A DNA stretch of 64,000 nucleotides from a bacterium. Its GTDB lineage: Bacteria; Zhuqueibacterota; Zhuqueibacteria; Residuimicrobiales; Krinioviventaceae. The position numbers and the translations under genes were made by a program. Positions 42,999-52,540 of the stretch are shown here, piece after piece. Below the pieces are notes generated by a model. The model ran no database searches and had not been told where the DNA came from. It saw nothing but the letters and a program-made list of their open reading frames with translations. Location: positions 5,088,001-5,152,000 of the forward strand of contig OY843751.1 in the NCBI GenBank assembly GCA_963693055.1, written 5' to 3'. Within the stretch, counting starts at the first letter, position 1, and each line of letters opens with the position of its first letter.

Positions 42999-43630
42999 TT
43001 AAACCACCTGTTGCAATCCATTTGCCATTACCGTGCAATACTGCGGCACTGTAGAGTTTTCCAGTGATCGTTTCCATATCCGTATATGCGCCTCGGGATG
43101 GTCTCGCAATTCGATGCGGTAATATTGTCCTTTATAGACGTTTCTCAACGATGAAAATATAGACGTTTTATCACTATTATCTTCAAGTGTTATGGATTTG
43201 ATATTGCTCCAGGGTATAAACAACGGCTTGTGAAACAGGCTGAATAAAAACATTATTTTCATACCCACACCATGCTCATTGGCACCTATCAGGATACAGT
43301 TACTAAAACTGGCATTGTTCATCTTGCCACTGGACAATTTGTATTTAATACCGTCTATAGGATCACGATCTTTATTTTGGCTAAAGTCCTCAGCCAATCT
43401 GGCCCAGCCGGACTGCCGGGACAATGCAAACAACACAAATACCCACATGGCAATAAAAAACACAAAAAAAGTAATATTGTTTGAAAAAAAATTTTATCAA
43501 ATAAACCTGCCCCTCCAAAGAAAATCCTTTCCACAAATGATGAATGATAGAATCCCATTCGCTCAAGAACAATCAAAAAAAATAAAACAGGCCCAATATA
43601 CTTTAGCACAAATTTAAAATATTTATTCAA
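42999..43630 (-). pseudogene. Paralog of 42072..42656, frameshifted in a poly-T tract
   Basis: N-terminal half in ORF 43355..43630 (AAGGAG RBS), C-terminal half in 42999..43463. Homopolymers at 43455-43495. Confidence 0.65.
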
Positions 43631-43650
43631 CAGCAGCTCCTTGTTTTCTA

Positions 43651-44049
43651 TTATTTTCCTTTCGCATCCATTTCAAGCACATCCATACCGCAGGCAACGA
43701 TCCAGCCTGTCATTCCATAAGAAGGAGATAAAACAAAAGCCTTTAATCCTTTTTCATTGATCTCTTCAATGAACTCTTGCATTGTCCCTGTTTTTATGTC
43801 CGACCCGTGGATTGCATGCTCAATTAATTCTTTGTTAAAATATCCATAAAACTGTTCCGGTGGGTACGTCTCTACATCCAGAACAATATTGCCCCGGCAA
43901 GTTCCTGTAAAATGGTGAGCCGCCACACCACTAAAACGGACGAGATAATACTGCGGCGGATTCACCTCGTTTAATTCAGTATAGATATGTATTTCTTGTT
44001 TTTCTGCAAATACAGTATATTGATAAATATTGTGATCATGAAGTTGTAT
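43651..44049 (-). CDS. Hypothetical protein (frame open back to an ATA codon)
   Basis: Frame extends 28 codons above the GTG to ATA-CAA-CTT-CAT-GAT, preceded by a G-rich RBS-like run. Confidence 0.6.
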   Translation of the reverse strand: MQLHDHNIYQYTVFAEKQEIHIYTELNEVNPPQYYLVRFSGVAAHHFTGTCRGNIVLDVETYPPEQFYGYFNKELIEHAIHGSDIKTGTMQEFIEEINEKGLKAFVLSPSYGMTGWIVACGMDVLEMDAKGK

Positions 44050-44072
44050 TATTCCCCCTGATTCTTTCCCGC

Positions 44073-45098
44073 CTACATATTCAAAGCAGCCATTCTAAAA
44101 TCATCAATAAATGGTAAATCATCTACATGCTCTATCTTGATATTCAAATCATTAAATAACGGTTCTAAAAGACTGACCAATAAAGGTGTTTTCATTTTTA
44201 CTTTGCAAGGTTTTTGCAGATCGCCCAAAGTCTTGCAAACATTTAAAGGGAGATTGCAATACATACTATTCAAATCTGGTAATGGTGACAGCAACTCGTG
44301 TGCGATGATCATGCCGGTCTTTTCATCCACTATAGCAAGCATATAAGGATAATAAGGCTGTTCTTTATTATCATCAATAGGCCTTGGCAATAAGAAAACA
44401 TCCATTTCAACTATCAGATCACTAATTGGCATTTCAAGTAATTTTTCAAATACCAACGAATCCACCCTTATATTATAATCAGCAGGTACAGGATCAGGAA
44501 CCTCAAATTCAGTATCAATCCAAACTTTTTCATTCCCTTGCTGGACTTGCTTCCGTAAAAGGCAGATATCTTTATCATTATCCTCAAAATTTAATATAGA
44601 GGAATCATTTTCTGCTCTGGCACAAACATCCAGAGCCTGCTCAACAACAATTTGTAAAAATTTGACTTCAGACGCATCCAAATACCAGGGCACAAAACCT
44701 GGCTTGAAACTTTTAGCCAGTGGCCAGGCATTTTTCCCTCTAAAGGTTAATCCCAATTGTTTGTATAATTTCTTGTCCCTGGAAGAAACATCTACACTAT
44801 CTTCAAAAGAAACTTGTAACTGTGGAATTTCCAGTATTTTTTGATACGTAAATGGTCCCGGTTCGGTAAACTGTAATCCCCAAAATTGATGATAGGCATT
44901 TATACCCATGTAGAAAGATAAGGCATAGAACTGTTCTGTTGCGCCCATAACACTTGCAAAGCCAATTTCCCCGGTGTCTGGATGCTCGACGGCAAACATC
45001 TCTTCTTCTACCATCCACTGCCATGGGGCCAATTTCTTCAATTCTATTATTAATTGATACAATTTTCCCCAATCTTTAATCTCTGGCTGTTTACTCAT
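44073..45098 (-). CDS. Conserved hypothetical protein
   Basis: 341-aa ORF with LAPWQWM, SVMG, SFKPGFVPW. GAGG RBS. Confidence 0.75.
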   Translation of the reverse strand: MSKQPEIKDWGKLYQLIIELKKLAPWQWMVEEEMFAVEHPDTGEIGFASVMGATEQFYALSFYMGINAYHQFWGLQFTEPGPFTYQKILEIPQLQVSFEDSVDVSSRDKKLYKQLGLTFRGKNAWPLAKSFKPGFVPWYLDASEVKFLQIVVEQALDVCARAENDSSILNFEDNDKDICLLRKQVQQGNEKVWIDTEFEVPDPVPADYNIRVDSLVFEKLLEMPISDLIVEMDVFLLPRPIDDNKEQPYYPYMLAIVDEKTGMIIAHELLSPLPDLNSMYCNLPLNVCKTLGDLQKPCKVKMKTPLLVSLLEPLFNDLNIKIEHVDDLPFIDDFRMAALNM

Positions 45099-45135
45099 GA
45101 ATCCCTCTTTCAGTATACATTAACATTCATTAAAC

Positions 45136-45430
45136 TTAAATCACCTCTTGAGCAAGATACTCTTTAATATACGGTTTTATATACTTTTCTCTGCACAAGT
45201 CTACATCCCGTTGAAAAGACTGTTTTAAAAAAGGCCCTCAGGTCTGACTTTTTTTCAAAAATATTATCAGTATCCGGTTGAAACTCGAACAGAATATCAA
45301 TATCACTTTTTTCGGTCTGTTCACCCCTGGCAGAAGAACCGATCAACCCGATTTTTGATATTAAATACTCGGATTGTAATTCATCACGATGGTCACGTAA
45401 AAATTGTAATATTAAATTTCGATCAAGCAT
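45136..45430 (-). pseudogene. Minimal nucleotidyltransferase (MNT antitoxin-like), frameshifted near the C-terminus, no HEPN partner
   Basis: GSSARGEQTEKSDIDIL. Alternative frame gives QRDVDLCREKYIKPYIKEYLAQEVI. Confidence 0.75.
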
Positions 45431-45468
45431 TTATTCAATTATCCCGATAATAATATATAAATAAATGG

Positions 45469-45516
45469 AATTCAACCATAATATGCAATTGAAATCCATT
45501 AGGGCACCCACATTTT
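45469..45516. repeat. 48-bp intergenic direct repeat, copy 1
   Basis: AATTCAACCATAATATGCAATTGAAA...AGGG.ACCCACATTTT, repeated at 47023-47070. Confidence 0.8.
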
Positions 45517-45573
45517 GGAACCAACAAGAAATACACGTGTCCAGGCAGGGCTTGTGCACAAAATAACACCTGT

Positions 45574-46164
45574 TTATACTACTTTTATCATAGGCTCAAT
45601 TATATTCTCGTTTACAGATACCATTTCTTTATTTCGTTTTAACTTGAAATTCCAGATTGAAATCACAATTGGAATTATTGGAAATAATAAACATCCGTAA
45701 TCATCCAGATAATTTTGCTCAATGGGACACTCTATAACCTTGTCACCTTGCTGCCAAACGCAATCTGTTTTGTATTTTTGACTTTCATAAAAAGTTGTAC
45801 GTTCTATCCAACCATGATACAATGGAATATTTACCCACTCATCAACATCTTTAACATTTTTGAGATTGAAAGCTGACCCTACACCGTCAAAACCGTATTT
45901 ATTAGCTTGATTATCACGTCTCAATTTAGGTGAATCCGGATGATTAAAATAAACATCAAAGAGTTCTAAGTAATGGAACAAAATAAAAATGATCTCTGTT
46001 TTACATTTTTCATCCTTCAATGTAATCCGGTAACTAATCAAACGTACATTTTCTTTGTCAAACAACTCTATATTGAAAATATTATTATTACTAAACTTGT
46101 AATGAAAATAATCCATCCAATTCTCAAATTTTTGATCATTATATATTACAGCACTCATTTTCAA
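45574..46164 (-). CDS. AT-rich hypothetical protein
   Basis: 196-aa ORF with one C-terminal hydrophobic segment. Confidence 0.6.
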   Translation of the reverse strand: MKMSAVIYNDQKFENWMDYFHYKFSNNNIFNIELFDKENVRLISYRITLKDEKCKTEIIFILFHYLELFDVYFNHPDSPKLRRDNQANKYGFDGVGSAFNLKNVKDVDEWVNIPLYHGWIERTTFYESQKYKTDCVWQQGDKVIECPIEQNYLDDYGCLLFPIIPIVISIWNFKLKRNKEMVSVNENIIEPMIKVV

Positions 46165-46189
46165 GCCTTACAATATCTTTTTAAAAACA

Positions 46190-46879
46190 TTAATAACTCC
46201 AAACAAACAATTTTTCAACGACCTTATAAAATCCCACAAGGACATATCCCAAGGGTCCCGGAGTTATATGTGGTTTAGTGGATACGTGTATGGTAGAAAA
46301 CTTTGCCAAATGAGTCAAACGGTTCAATTCCCCTTTTAACAAATCAATTTCTTTGTTCAATCTTTCCAATTCTTTTTCAACATCCAATGCTGATTCTACG
46401 GATTCTGCCATTTCCAGCAATTCCAGATAGCGGTGCCTGGACTTTTCCGCATTGTCTAATCTGATCTCATAATCACGATATTGACTGGTTACATCACTCC
46501 CTTTGATATTTTTATTCGTCACGATACCGAATGTTTCTACATCCATCAGGACATCATCCAGACTACTGGTGGGTATACGTATTGAAGTTTTGGTATTGCT
46601 TGAAAGTAAAACATATCCCTTATATTTTTTTGCCAAATTTGAAACAGCATGGTGCACGGAATCCGGCGTATTGGTTTCAATGTCGATATTGGCAGTAAAA
46701 ATTATTATACGATTTTCTGAATTGTTTGAGGCAGAAAAATCATCCTGATTTTTAGTACTTGTTATATTCCTGTCCTGAGTAACATAAACTTTAGCACTGG
46801 TCATTTCAGGAGGTGCTGCACAAGCGGCAATCATAAAAAAATATGATAAAGCAATCAACAGACACTTTTTCGTTCTCAT
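46190..46879 (-). CDS. DUF4349-like lipoprotein
   Basis: IAAC lipobox, SIRIP, DVTSQYRD, coiled coil LDVEKELERL. Confidence 0.85.
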   Translation of the reverse strand: MRTKKCLLIALSYFFMIAACAAPPEMTSAKVYVTQDRNITSTKNQDDFSASNNSENRIIIFTANIDIETNTPDSVHHAVSNLAKKYKGYVLLSSNTKTSIRIPTSSLDDVLMDVETFGIVTNKNIKGSDVTSQYRDYEIRLDNAEKSRHRYLELLEMAESVESALDVEKELERLNKEIDLLKGELNRLTHLAKFSTIHVSTKPHITPGPLGYVLVGFYKVVEKLFVWSY

Positions 46880-47022
46880 TTTTTCTCCTTTTCAGAATTG
46901 ACTGAATATAAATTCACAGGTGATTTTCATGGTTACAATTGGACGAAAACATGCTATTTTTAATAATTCATAATTATGACACCCCGTTACCCCGTTTATT
47001 ATTTTACTTTATAAATTAATGC

Positions 47023-47070
47023 AATTCAACCATAATATGCAATTGAAAAACATCAGGGTACCCACATTTT
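47023..47070. repeat. 48-bp intergenic direct repeat, copy 2
   Basis: Matches 45469-45516. Confidence 0.8.
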
Positions 47071-47323
47071 TTAACGATTCGGTCACAACACTATTGCATA
47101 CCTGACGGGATGCAAACACCCGCAGTCACGTTGCTACAAATAATCCATTTCGTTTGTCCGTCGCAGACGGACCCTTGATGATTATTGGATGTACAAAAAA
47201 AAATTATTAATGACGATAAAATACCCCAAGAAAAACAATGAATTCTCTAAAAAATGTTAACATAGAATAATGCTTACCCCTAAACGAAAAAAGCCGCTAC
47301 CCCAAAAGGGCAGCGGCTTGAAA

Positions 47324-47635
47324 TCAACAAGAAGACGCGCCGCTAAAAGCGACAATAAAACGTCCTCCGGAGAGATGTCTCACATAATCAACGATCAAAC
47401 CACCGTAAAAACGAGTCATGTTGTCGACCTGTTTGTCCCAGATCAGGGTTATGCCCTCTTCAACAAAACTCCGGTCTTGATCTATGTCCTTTTCAGAAGC
47501 CTGTACCAGGCCCATACTGGGTCCGCCTCATCCAAATCCTAAAATCAATACACGAAATACCGGTTCTTTGATATCTCCGCTTGTCAAAAGTGTGTTGAAT
47601 GCCTTTTTGGCTTCCTGCGTAATTTTAAACATCAT
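47324..47635 (-). CDS. HesB/IscA-like selenoprotein (TGA read as Sec)
   Basis: GGAG RBS. MMFKITQEAKKAF...FRVLILGFG-U-GGPSMGL...SSC, in-frame TGA at 47528-47530, hairpin just downstream, terminator after the stop. Confidence 0.88.
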
Positions 47636-47706
47636 TTCTCCATAATAAATCATTTTACAGGTAATAATTAGATGCGCTATTCTTGAAAAAGATTCACATC
47701 CGCCCA

Positions 47707-48993
47707 TTATTTTAACAATGTAATCCGTTTCATGACCGATGCATTATTCACTCGGGTTTGGACAACATAAATACCTGTAGCAACCGGCATACCATTATCA
47801 TTTGTACCGTCCCACAATTGTTCATGGTCTCCGTTGTTCATCATTTGGTTCGAGATCAGTGTCTTGACTTTTTTGCCGTTGATATTGTAAATCTCTATCG
47901 ATACCGGCCCCGGTTCAACCAACCGAAACGCAATCTTTGTACCCGCATTAAAAGGATTGGGATAGGTCTGAACAGTTACCGGAATAAACGTTTCCGGTTG
48001 GTGTTCCTGAATTCCAGTTAAAGAATTATAAAAAAATATTATTTTATTATTGGGACTCCATTTATCAGAAAGCCAGCTCCATTCTACTTTTTCAACAAGG
48101 TTCCCTTCCTGGTTATTTTCATAATAAACTTGTTTTTTATTTTCCCATTCATCTTTGAACAATTGTTGTCTTTCTTTTATCAACCATTGGTTATCATCAT
48201 ATTCATACAAATACCGTTGATCATCATCATAACCATCAGTATGATAGGTTTGGTTACGTCTTTCTATCAAATTACCCCATTCATTATAATCAAAAACCGT
48301 GTTAAATCGACGCATAAAAGTTCCATCATTTAAATATAAAAATTCCGGCTGCTCTATCAATTGTCCTGATTCATTATATATATAATCGTAATAATTTACC
48401 GATTCCCAGGATTCTTCATGCCAGCTTTCACGCTGACGTCTGATCAACTGATTTTCTTCATTATATAAATAAGTATAACGTCGATAATTTTGCAATTCCA
48501 AATTACTTTGTCTTTTTTCCAACATTTCAATTTGATTATTTAAATCATCAAAAATATATATAGTCTGATACTCAAGTATCCAGTTTTCTTGCAAAAATCT
48601 CCATTCATCTTTTATAATCAAGTTGCCTCTATTATCATAGGAATAGTTCTCTCTTTTTTTCTCATACCATTTTTCATCATCCCAATCATAATAGGTATAT
48701 TTTGTCAATTGATTTTGTTCATTATAAATCCAAACCACACTATCAAGATTTGTTTCTGAACCGTCATAATAAGAGTTTCTCTTTTTTACTATTGCATTGC
48801 CGAATTGGTCATACTTGAAAAAACTTTTTCCATTCAAGAACCAGTCTAAACCTGACCAGACATAAACCTCCTCGCAATACACATTATCACCTGTAGCAGA
48901 CGGCACAACCTGTCGACTTTCATCATATGCATATACAGAAACTACAATAACAGCACAAACACAAAAAATCGAAAGAAATGACAATTTTTCCAT
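47707..48993 (-). CDS. Secreted beta-hairpin repeat protein with T9SS/FlgD-type tail
   Basis: Repeated YxYN/DxxxxLIE...W units, YPNPFN...ITLLK. Confidence 0.8.
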   Translation of the reverse strand: MEKLSFLSIFCVCAVIVVSVYAYDESRQVVPSATGDNVYCEEVYVWSGLDWFLNGKSFFKYDQFGNAIVKKRNSYYDGSETNLDSVVWIYNEQNQLTKYTYYDWDDEKWYEKKRENYSYDNRGNLIIKDEWRFLQENWILEYQTIYIFDDLNNQIEMLEKRQSNLELQNYRRYTYLYNEENQLIRRQRESWHEESWESVNYYDYIYNESGQLIEQPEFLYLNDGTFMRRFNTVFDYNEWGNLIERRNQTYHTDGYDDDQRYLYEYDDNQWLIKERQQLFKDEWENKKQVYYENNQEGNLVEKVEWSWLSDKWSPNNKIIFFYNSLTGIQEHQPETFIPVTVQTYPNPFNAGTKIAFRLVEPGPVSIEIYNINGKKVKTLISNQMMNNGDHEQLWDGTNDNGMPVATGIYVVQTRVNNASVMKRITLLK

Positions 48994-49073
48994 TTGAATA
49001 CTCCCCGGATTTAGATGAACTTTCCCCGACATAAATCCGATCCGCCGAAACGGACCGGATTCATTTAAAAAAA

Positions 49074-49823
49074 CTAGCCGTTCACAATCTTGATACTTGC
49101 GCTGGCGCCAATTCGGTTTGCCCCGGCTTTGACCATGGCAAGCGCGGTCTCGCGGTCACGGATACCGCCTGCGGCTTTAACTCCTACGGAATCTCCCACT
49201 ACGCGGCGCATTAATGCAACATCCTCAACCGTTGCACCAGCCGCGTTAAATCCTGTCGATGTTTTTACAAACTGTGCACCCGCTTTTTTTGCAATTATAC
49301 ACGCCGTGACTTTTTCTTCATCCGTCAACAGACAGGTTTCAATGATCACCTTAACAAGTGCAGGCTTGGCCGCTTCAACCACCCGATGAATATCACGATA
49401 GATAAAATCCAGATCACCGGTTTTCAGCATACCGACATTGATAACCATATCAATCTCCATAGCCCCGTCAGAAACCGCGCGTTTGGTTTCTTCTACCTTT
49501 AGACAGGTGGTATTGGTGCCCAGGGGGAATCCGATTACGGAGCATACATCCACTTTGGATCCAAACAACCGCTCAGACGCAGTCTTGATCCAATAGGGAT
49601 TCACACACACGGATGCAAAGCCATACTGTTTGGCTTCATCGCATAGTTGCAACACCTGTTCTCGGGTGGCTTCTGGCTTTAATATGGTATGGTCAATATA
49701 TTTGGCCAGATTCGATGGCTCACCGGCTTCAGGCACACTGCTTCCTTCCGGTTTACCGGTCACTTCGGCAATGACCTGGTCAATAATACGATCTATATCT
49801 TTTTCCTGCATTCTATTCTCCAA
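49074..49823 (-). CDS. deoC: Deoxyribose-phosphate aldolase with N-terminal extension
   Basis: [37 protein letters not shown]. Confidence 0.97.
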   Translation of the reverse strand: MENRMQEKDIDRIIDQVIAEVTGKPEGSSVPEAGEPSNLAKYIDHTILKPEATREQVLQLCDEAKQYGFASVCVNPYWIKTASERLFGSKVDVCSVIGFPLGTNTTCLKVEETKRAVSDGAMEIDMVINVGMLKTGDLDFIYRDIHRVVEAAKPALVKVIIETCLLTDEEKVTACIIAKKAGAQFVKTSTGFNAAGATVEDVALMRRVVGDSVGVKAAGGIRDRETALAMVKAGANRIGASASIKIVNG

Positions 49824-51188
49824 TCAGGCTAAATTCATTACTTCTTTTTTAAACTGCTCTACCAGCGATTTTGTTTCAGCTTCTGTGGGTGATTCAGCAA
49901 TCACCCTAATGATAGGCTCTGTATTAGACGCGCGGATGTGCACCCATGCCTTGTCATAGATAATTTTTAATCCATCAATCAGATCAAGGTTTTCATTGAC
50001 GTGAGCGGCCTCAAGCTTATTCACCACGCCCTTGGCGTCTGCGTCAAAGGGCAGTTCAATTTTGTCTTTGATCATGGTATAATGGGGAATGCTGTCATAC
50101 AATTCGCTGATAGCCTTGCCGCTTTCAGCCATATACTGCAATACCAGGGCAATGCCTACCGGGGCATCACGACCGATATGAATAGCCGGATACATAACAC
50201 CACCGTTACCTTCGCCCGCAATGACAGCGCCAACCTCATGGGCCTTGACCGCCACATTGATTTCACCCACTTTAGAGCGGTGCGCGGTTTTGCCATAATC
50301 CTTTGCAACATCATCGATCATTCGCGAGGTAGATGCGTTCACTACAATATCTCCCGGTGTTTTGGAAAGGATATAACGGCTCACACAAGCCAGTGTATAT
50401 TCTTCACCCATGGGCTCACCCTTGTCCGATACCAGCGCCAACCGGTCCACGTCAGGATCCACGGCAATACCCAAATCTGCTTCATATTTTTTAACCGCGT
50501 TACACAAATCGGCAAGATTTTGGGGAATCGGTTCGGGACTACGCGGGAAAAATCCGTCGGGTTCCGGATTCATATGTATCAATTCACAGTTCAGTGCTTC
50601 AAGTAATGGCGGTACAATGGTTCCGCCAGCGCCATTACAACTGTCCAGAACAATTCTGAATTTTTTGGATTTAATTGCATCCGCATTGACCAAAGGCAGC
50701 GCAAGGATCTTGGCGATATGGTCCTGAACCGCAGTATCGTATGTAGTTACTTTGCCCATCTTGTCCCATGACGCAAAATTATAATCATTATCTTTAACGC
50801 GCTGCAAAACTTTTTCACCGGCCTCTGCGGTTAAAAACAATCCGTTTTCCGCCAACAGCTTTAACGCGTTCCATTCGCGGGGATTATGACTGGCGGTTAT
50901 AATGATGCCGCCGACATGTCCGGACAATTCAGTAACCAGTTCGGTGGTAGGAGTTGAGCAGATGCCTACATCTACTATATCACACCCAACGGACATGAGA
51001 CCCGCCCAAACAGCGTGTTTAACCATTTCACCCGTGGCGCGTGAATCGCGACCTACAACAATTTTTCCGGGTCCCATTTCACTGCCATATGCCTGGGCAA
51101 ATTTCATGGCGACATCCGGGGTAAGGCCTTCACCCACTATACCCCGTACACCGGAAACAGATATCATTAAATTTTTCAATTCACTCAA
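49824..51188 (-). CDS. Alpha-D-phosphohexomutase (GlmM/PMM-like)
   Basis: SGVRG, TASHNP, DPDVDR, GEGNGG, RASNTEP. Confidence 0.92.
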   Translation of the reverse strand: MSELKNLMISVSGVRGIVGEGLTPDVAMKFAQAYGSEMGPGKIVVGRDSRATGEMVKHAVWAGLMSVGCDIVDVGICSTPTTELVTELSGHVGGIIITASHNPREWNALKLLAENGLFLTAEAGEKVLQRVKDNDYNFASWDKMGKVTTYDTAVQDHIAKILALPLVNADAIKSKKFRIVLDSCNGAGGTIVPPLLEALNCELIHMNPEPDGFFPRSPEPIPQNLADLCNAVKKYEADLGIAVDPDVDRLALVSDKGEPMGEEYTLACVSRYILSKTPGDIVVNASTSRMIDDVAKDYGKTAHRSKVGEINVAVKAHEVGAVIAGEGNGGVMYPAIHIGRDAPVGIALVLQYMAESGKAISELYDSIPHYTMIKDKIELPFDADAKGVVNKLEAAHVNENLDLIDGLKIIYDKAWVHIRASNTEPIIRVIAESPTEAETKSLVEQFKKEVMNLA

Positions 51189-51224
51189 AATATACCTCAC
51201 GCTAAAAATTAGATCGGTTTAAAC

Positions 51225-52532
51225 TCAAATATAAGGAACCAGACGCATATTTACAACCCCCGGTCTGGACAATTGTTCCACCTGCTTATCCAATGCCGGT
51301 TTATCCTTTTCTGCTTCTTCCATCGTCAAGGGCTTGCCCTTGTTCGGTAGTGTATGGCCAATATCTGCCCGCAATGCTCCATCATAGAGCTGACGGCGTT
51401 GACGTACCAGATTGAGCAGCTTGGCACCACGATAAGAGATATCAAAAGCAGGAATGTCTGACAAATCCAACCCCTTTTCCAAATCCTCACGGCTGTATTT
51501 ACCCAACAAATGTTTATCGTGATATACCGCATACCCCGCAACGCCGGACTGACTGACCTGCAATACAGGACGTATCAGTTTATCATCCAACGCTGACAGC
51601 TTTTCTACTCCCGGAACCTTGAGAAATACCGGGACCTTTAAGGTCCAGTCAAATTGTACATCTCCACCGGGAAAGGATACATTTTTCACACTTCCGGAAA
51701 TCTTTTTATCCTGAATGCGCACTTTGGTCATCTCTGTTACCGGGAATTCGTTCCAAGCCTTTAAAATGGTTTCTGCCATAATCCAGTGCCCGGCAGGACC
51801 GGGATGCACACCGTCTCTTGCAAGATAATAGTTGGGATCCTGTTGACGGTTCTTGCGCAAATGCTCTAGCATGGGTGTATGGATGTCCACAGGTGTTATA
51901 TCCGGTGCGGATAAAGTCATAATCCATTCACCATAATGATTCAACACATCATCATAATTTTCATAGGGTGTCTGATATCCAAATTGCAGAGCATCTTCAC
52001 CTACGGTTTTGTCTTTGACCGGTACGGGATCATAAGGCGGCGGAGTGATCACATACTGGTGCTGCGCGCCGGCAGCCCGCACCTTTTCAATTACTTTTTC
52101 AATACCCGCCTTGTACGCGGCAAAACGATCTTCCGACAAGGGCGCATAAATACCGTCATTCATACCGTAACAGGTCATTACAACATCCGGTTGGGTACGC
52201 TCAAGTATACGATCCAGCCGGTCATGCACATTGGGGCGCGGATACGGGTGCACCGGTTCTGTCAACCCGCAAACCGTCTCGCTTGACAATCCCAGACCCA
52301 CAACATTAAAATGCCTGTCAGGATGCTTTGCCAACAGGAATGTTTCAATAAAATTAACATACGTTGCATCCTGAGTAATACTATCACCAATGAACAATAA
52401 AGTTTGCCCGTCTTTTAATACCGATTTGGCAGCAGGGTTCTTTTCAGATTTTGAACACTGCACAAATCCACCAAAAACAACCGGGGCTGCAGCACTGCTC
52501 AATAAAGTTTGAATAAACGCTCTTCGTTTCAT
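51225..52532 (-). CDS. SGNH/GDSL hydrolase with Tat-like signal
   Basis: KRRAFI, IGDSIT, YGMND, DGVHP. Confidence 0.9.
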   Translation of the reverse strand: MKRRAFIQTLLSSAAAPVVFGGFVQCSKSEKNPAAKSVLKDGQTLLFIGDSITQDATYVNFIETFLLAKHPDRHFNVVGLGLSSETVCGLTEPVHPYPRPNVHDRLDRILERTQPDVVMTCYGMNDGIYAPLSEDRFAAYKAGIEKVIEKVRAAGAQHQYVITPPPYDPVPVKDKTVGEDALQFGYQTPYENYDDVLNHYGEWIMTLSAPDITPVDIHTPMLEHLRKNRQQDPNYYLARDGVHPGPAGHWIMAETILKAWNEFPVTEMTKVRIQDKKISGSVKNVSFPGGDVQFDWTLKVPVFLKVPGVEKLSALDDKLIRPVLQVSQSGVAGYAVYHDKHLLGKYSREDLEKGLDLSDIPAFDISYRGAKLLNLVRQRRQLYDGALRADIGHTLPNKGKPLTMEEAEKDKPALDKQVEQLSRPGVVNMRLVPYI

Positions 52533-52540
52533 AATGTCCT

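Noticed and set aside
39573-47070. Integron cassette array
   Set aside because: Genes are small and co-oriented, but I found no consistent RYYYAAC...GTTRRRY attC sites and no integrase.
47270-47542. Plus-strand 90-aa ORF
   Set aside because: Antisense shadow of the selenoprotein gene and its terminator.
47707-48993. RHS/YD toxin
   Set aside because: Repeats resemble YD hairpins but there is no RHS core or DPxG motif, and it ends in a sorting domain.
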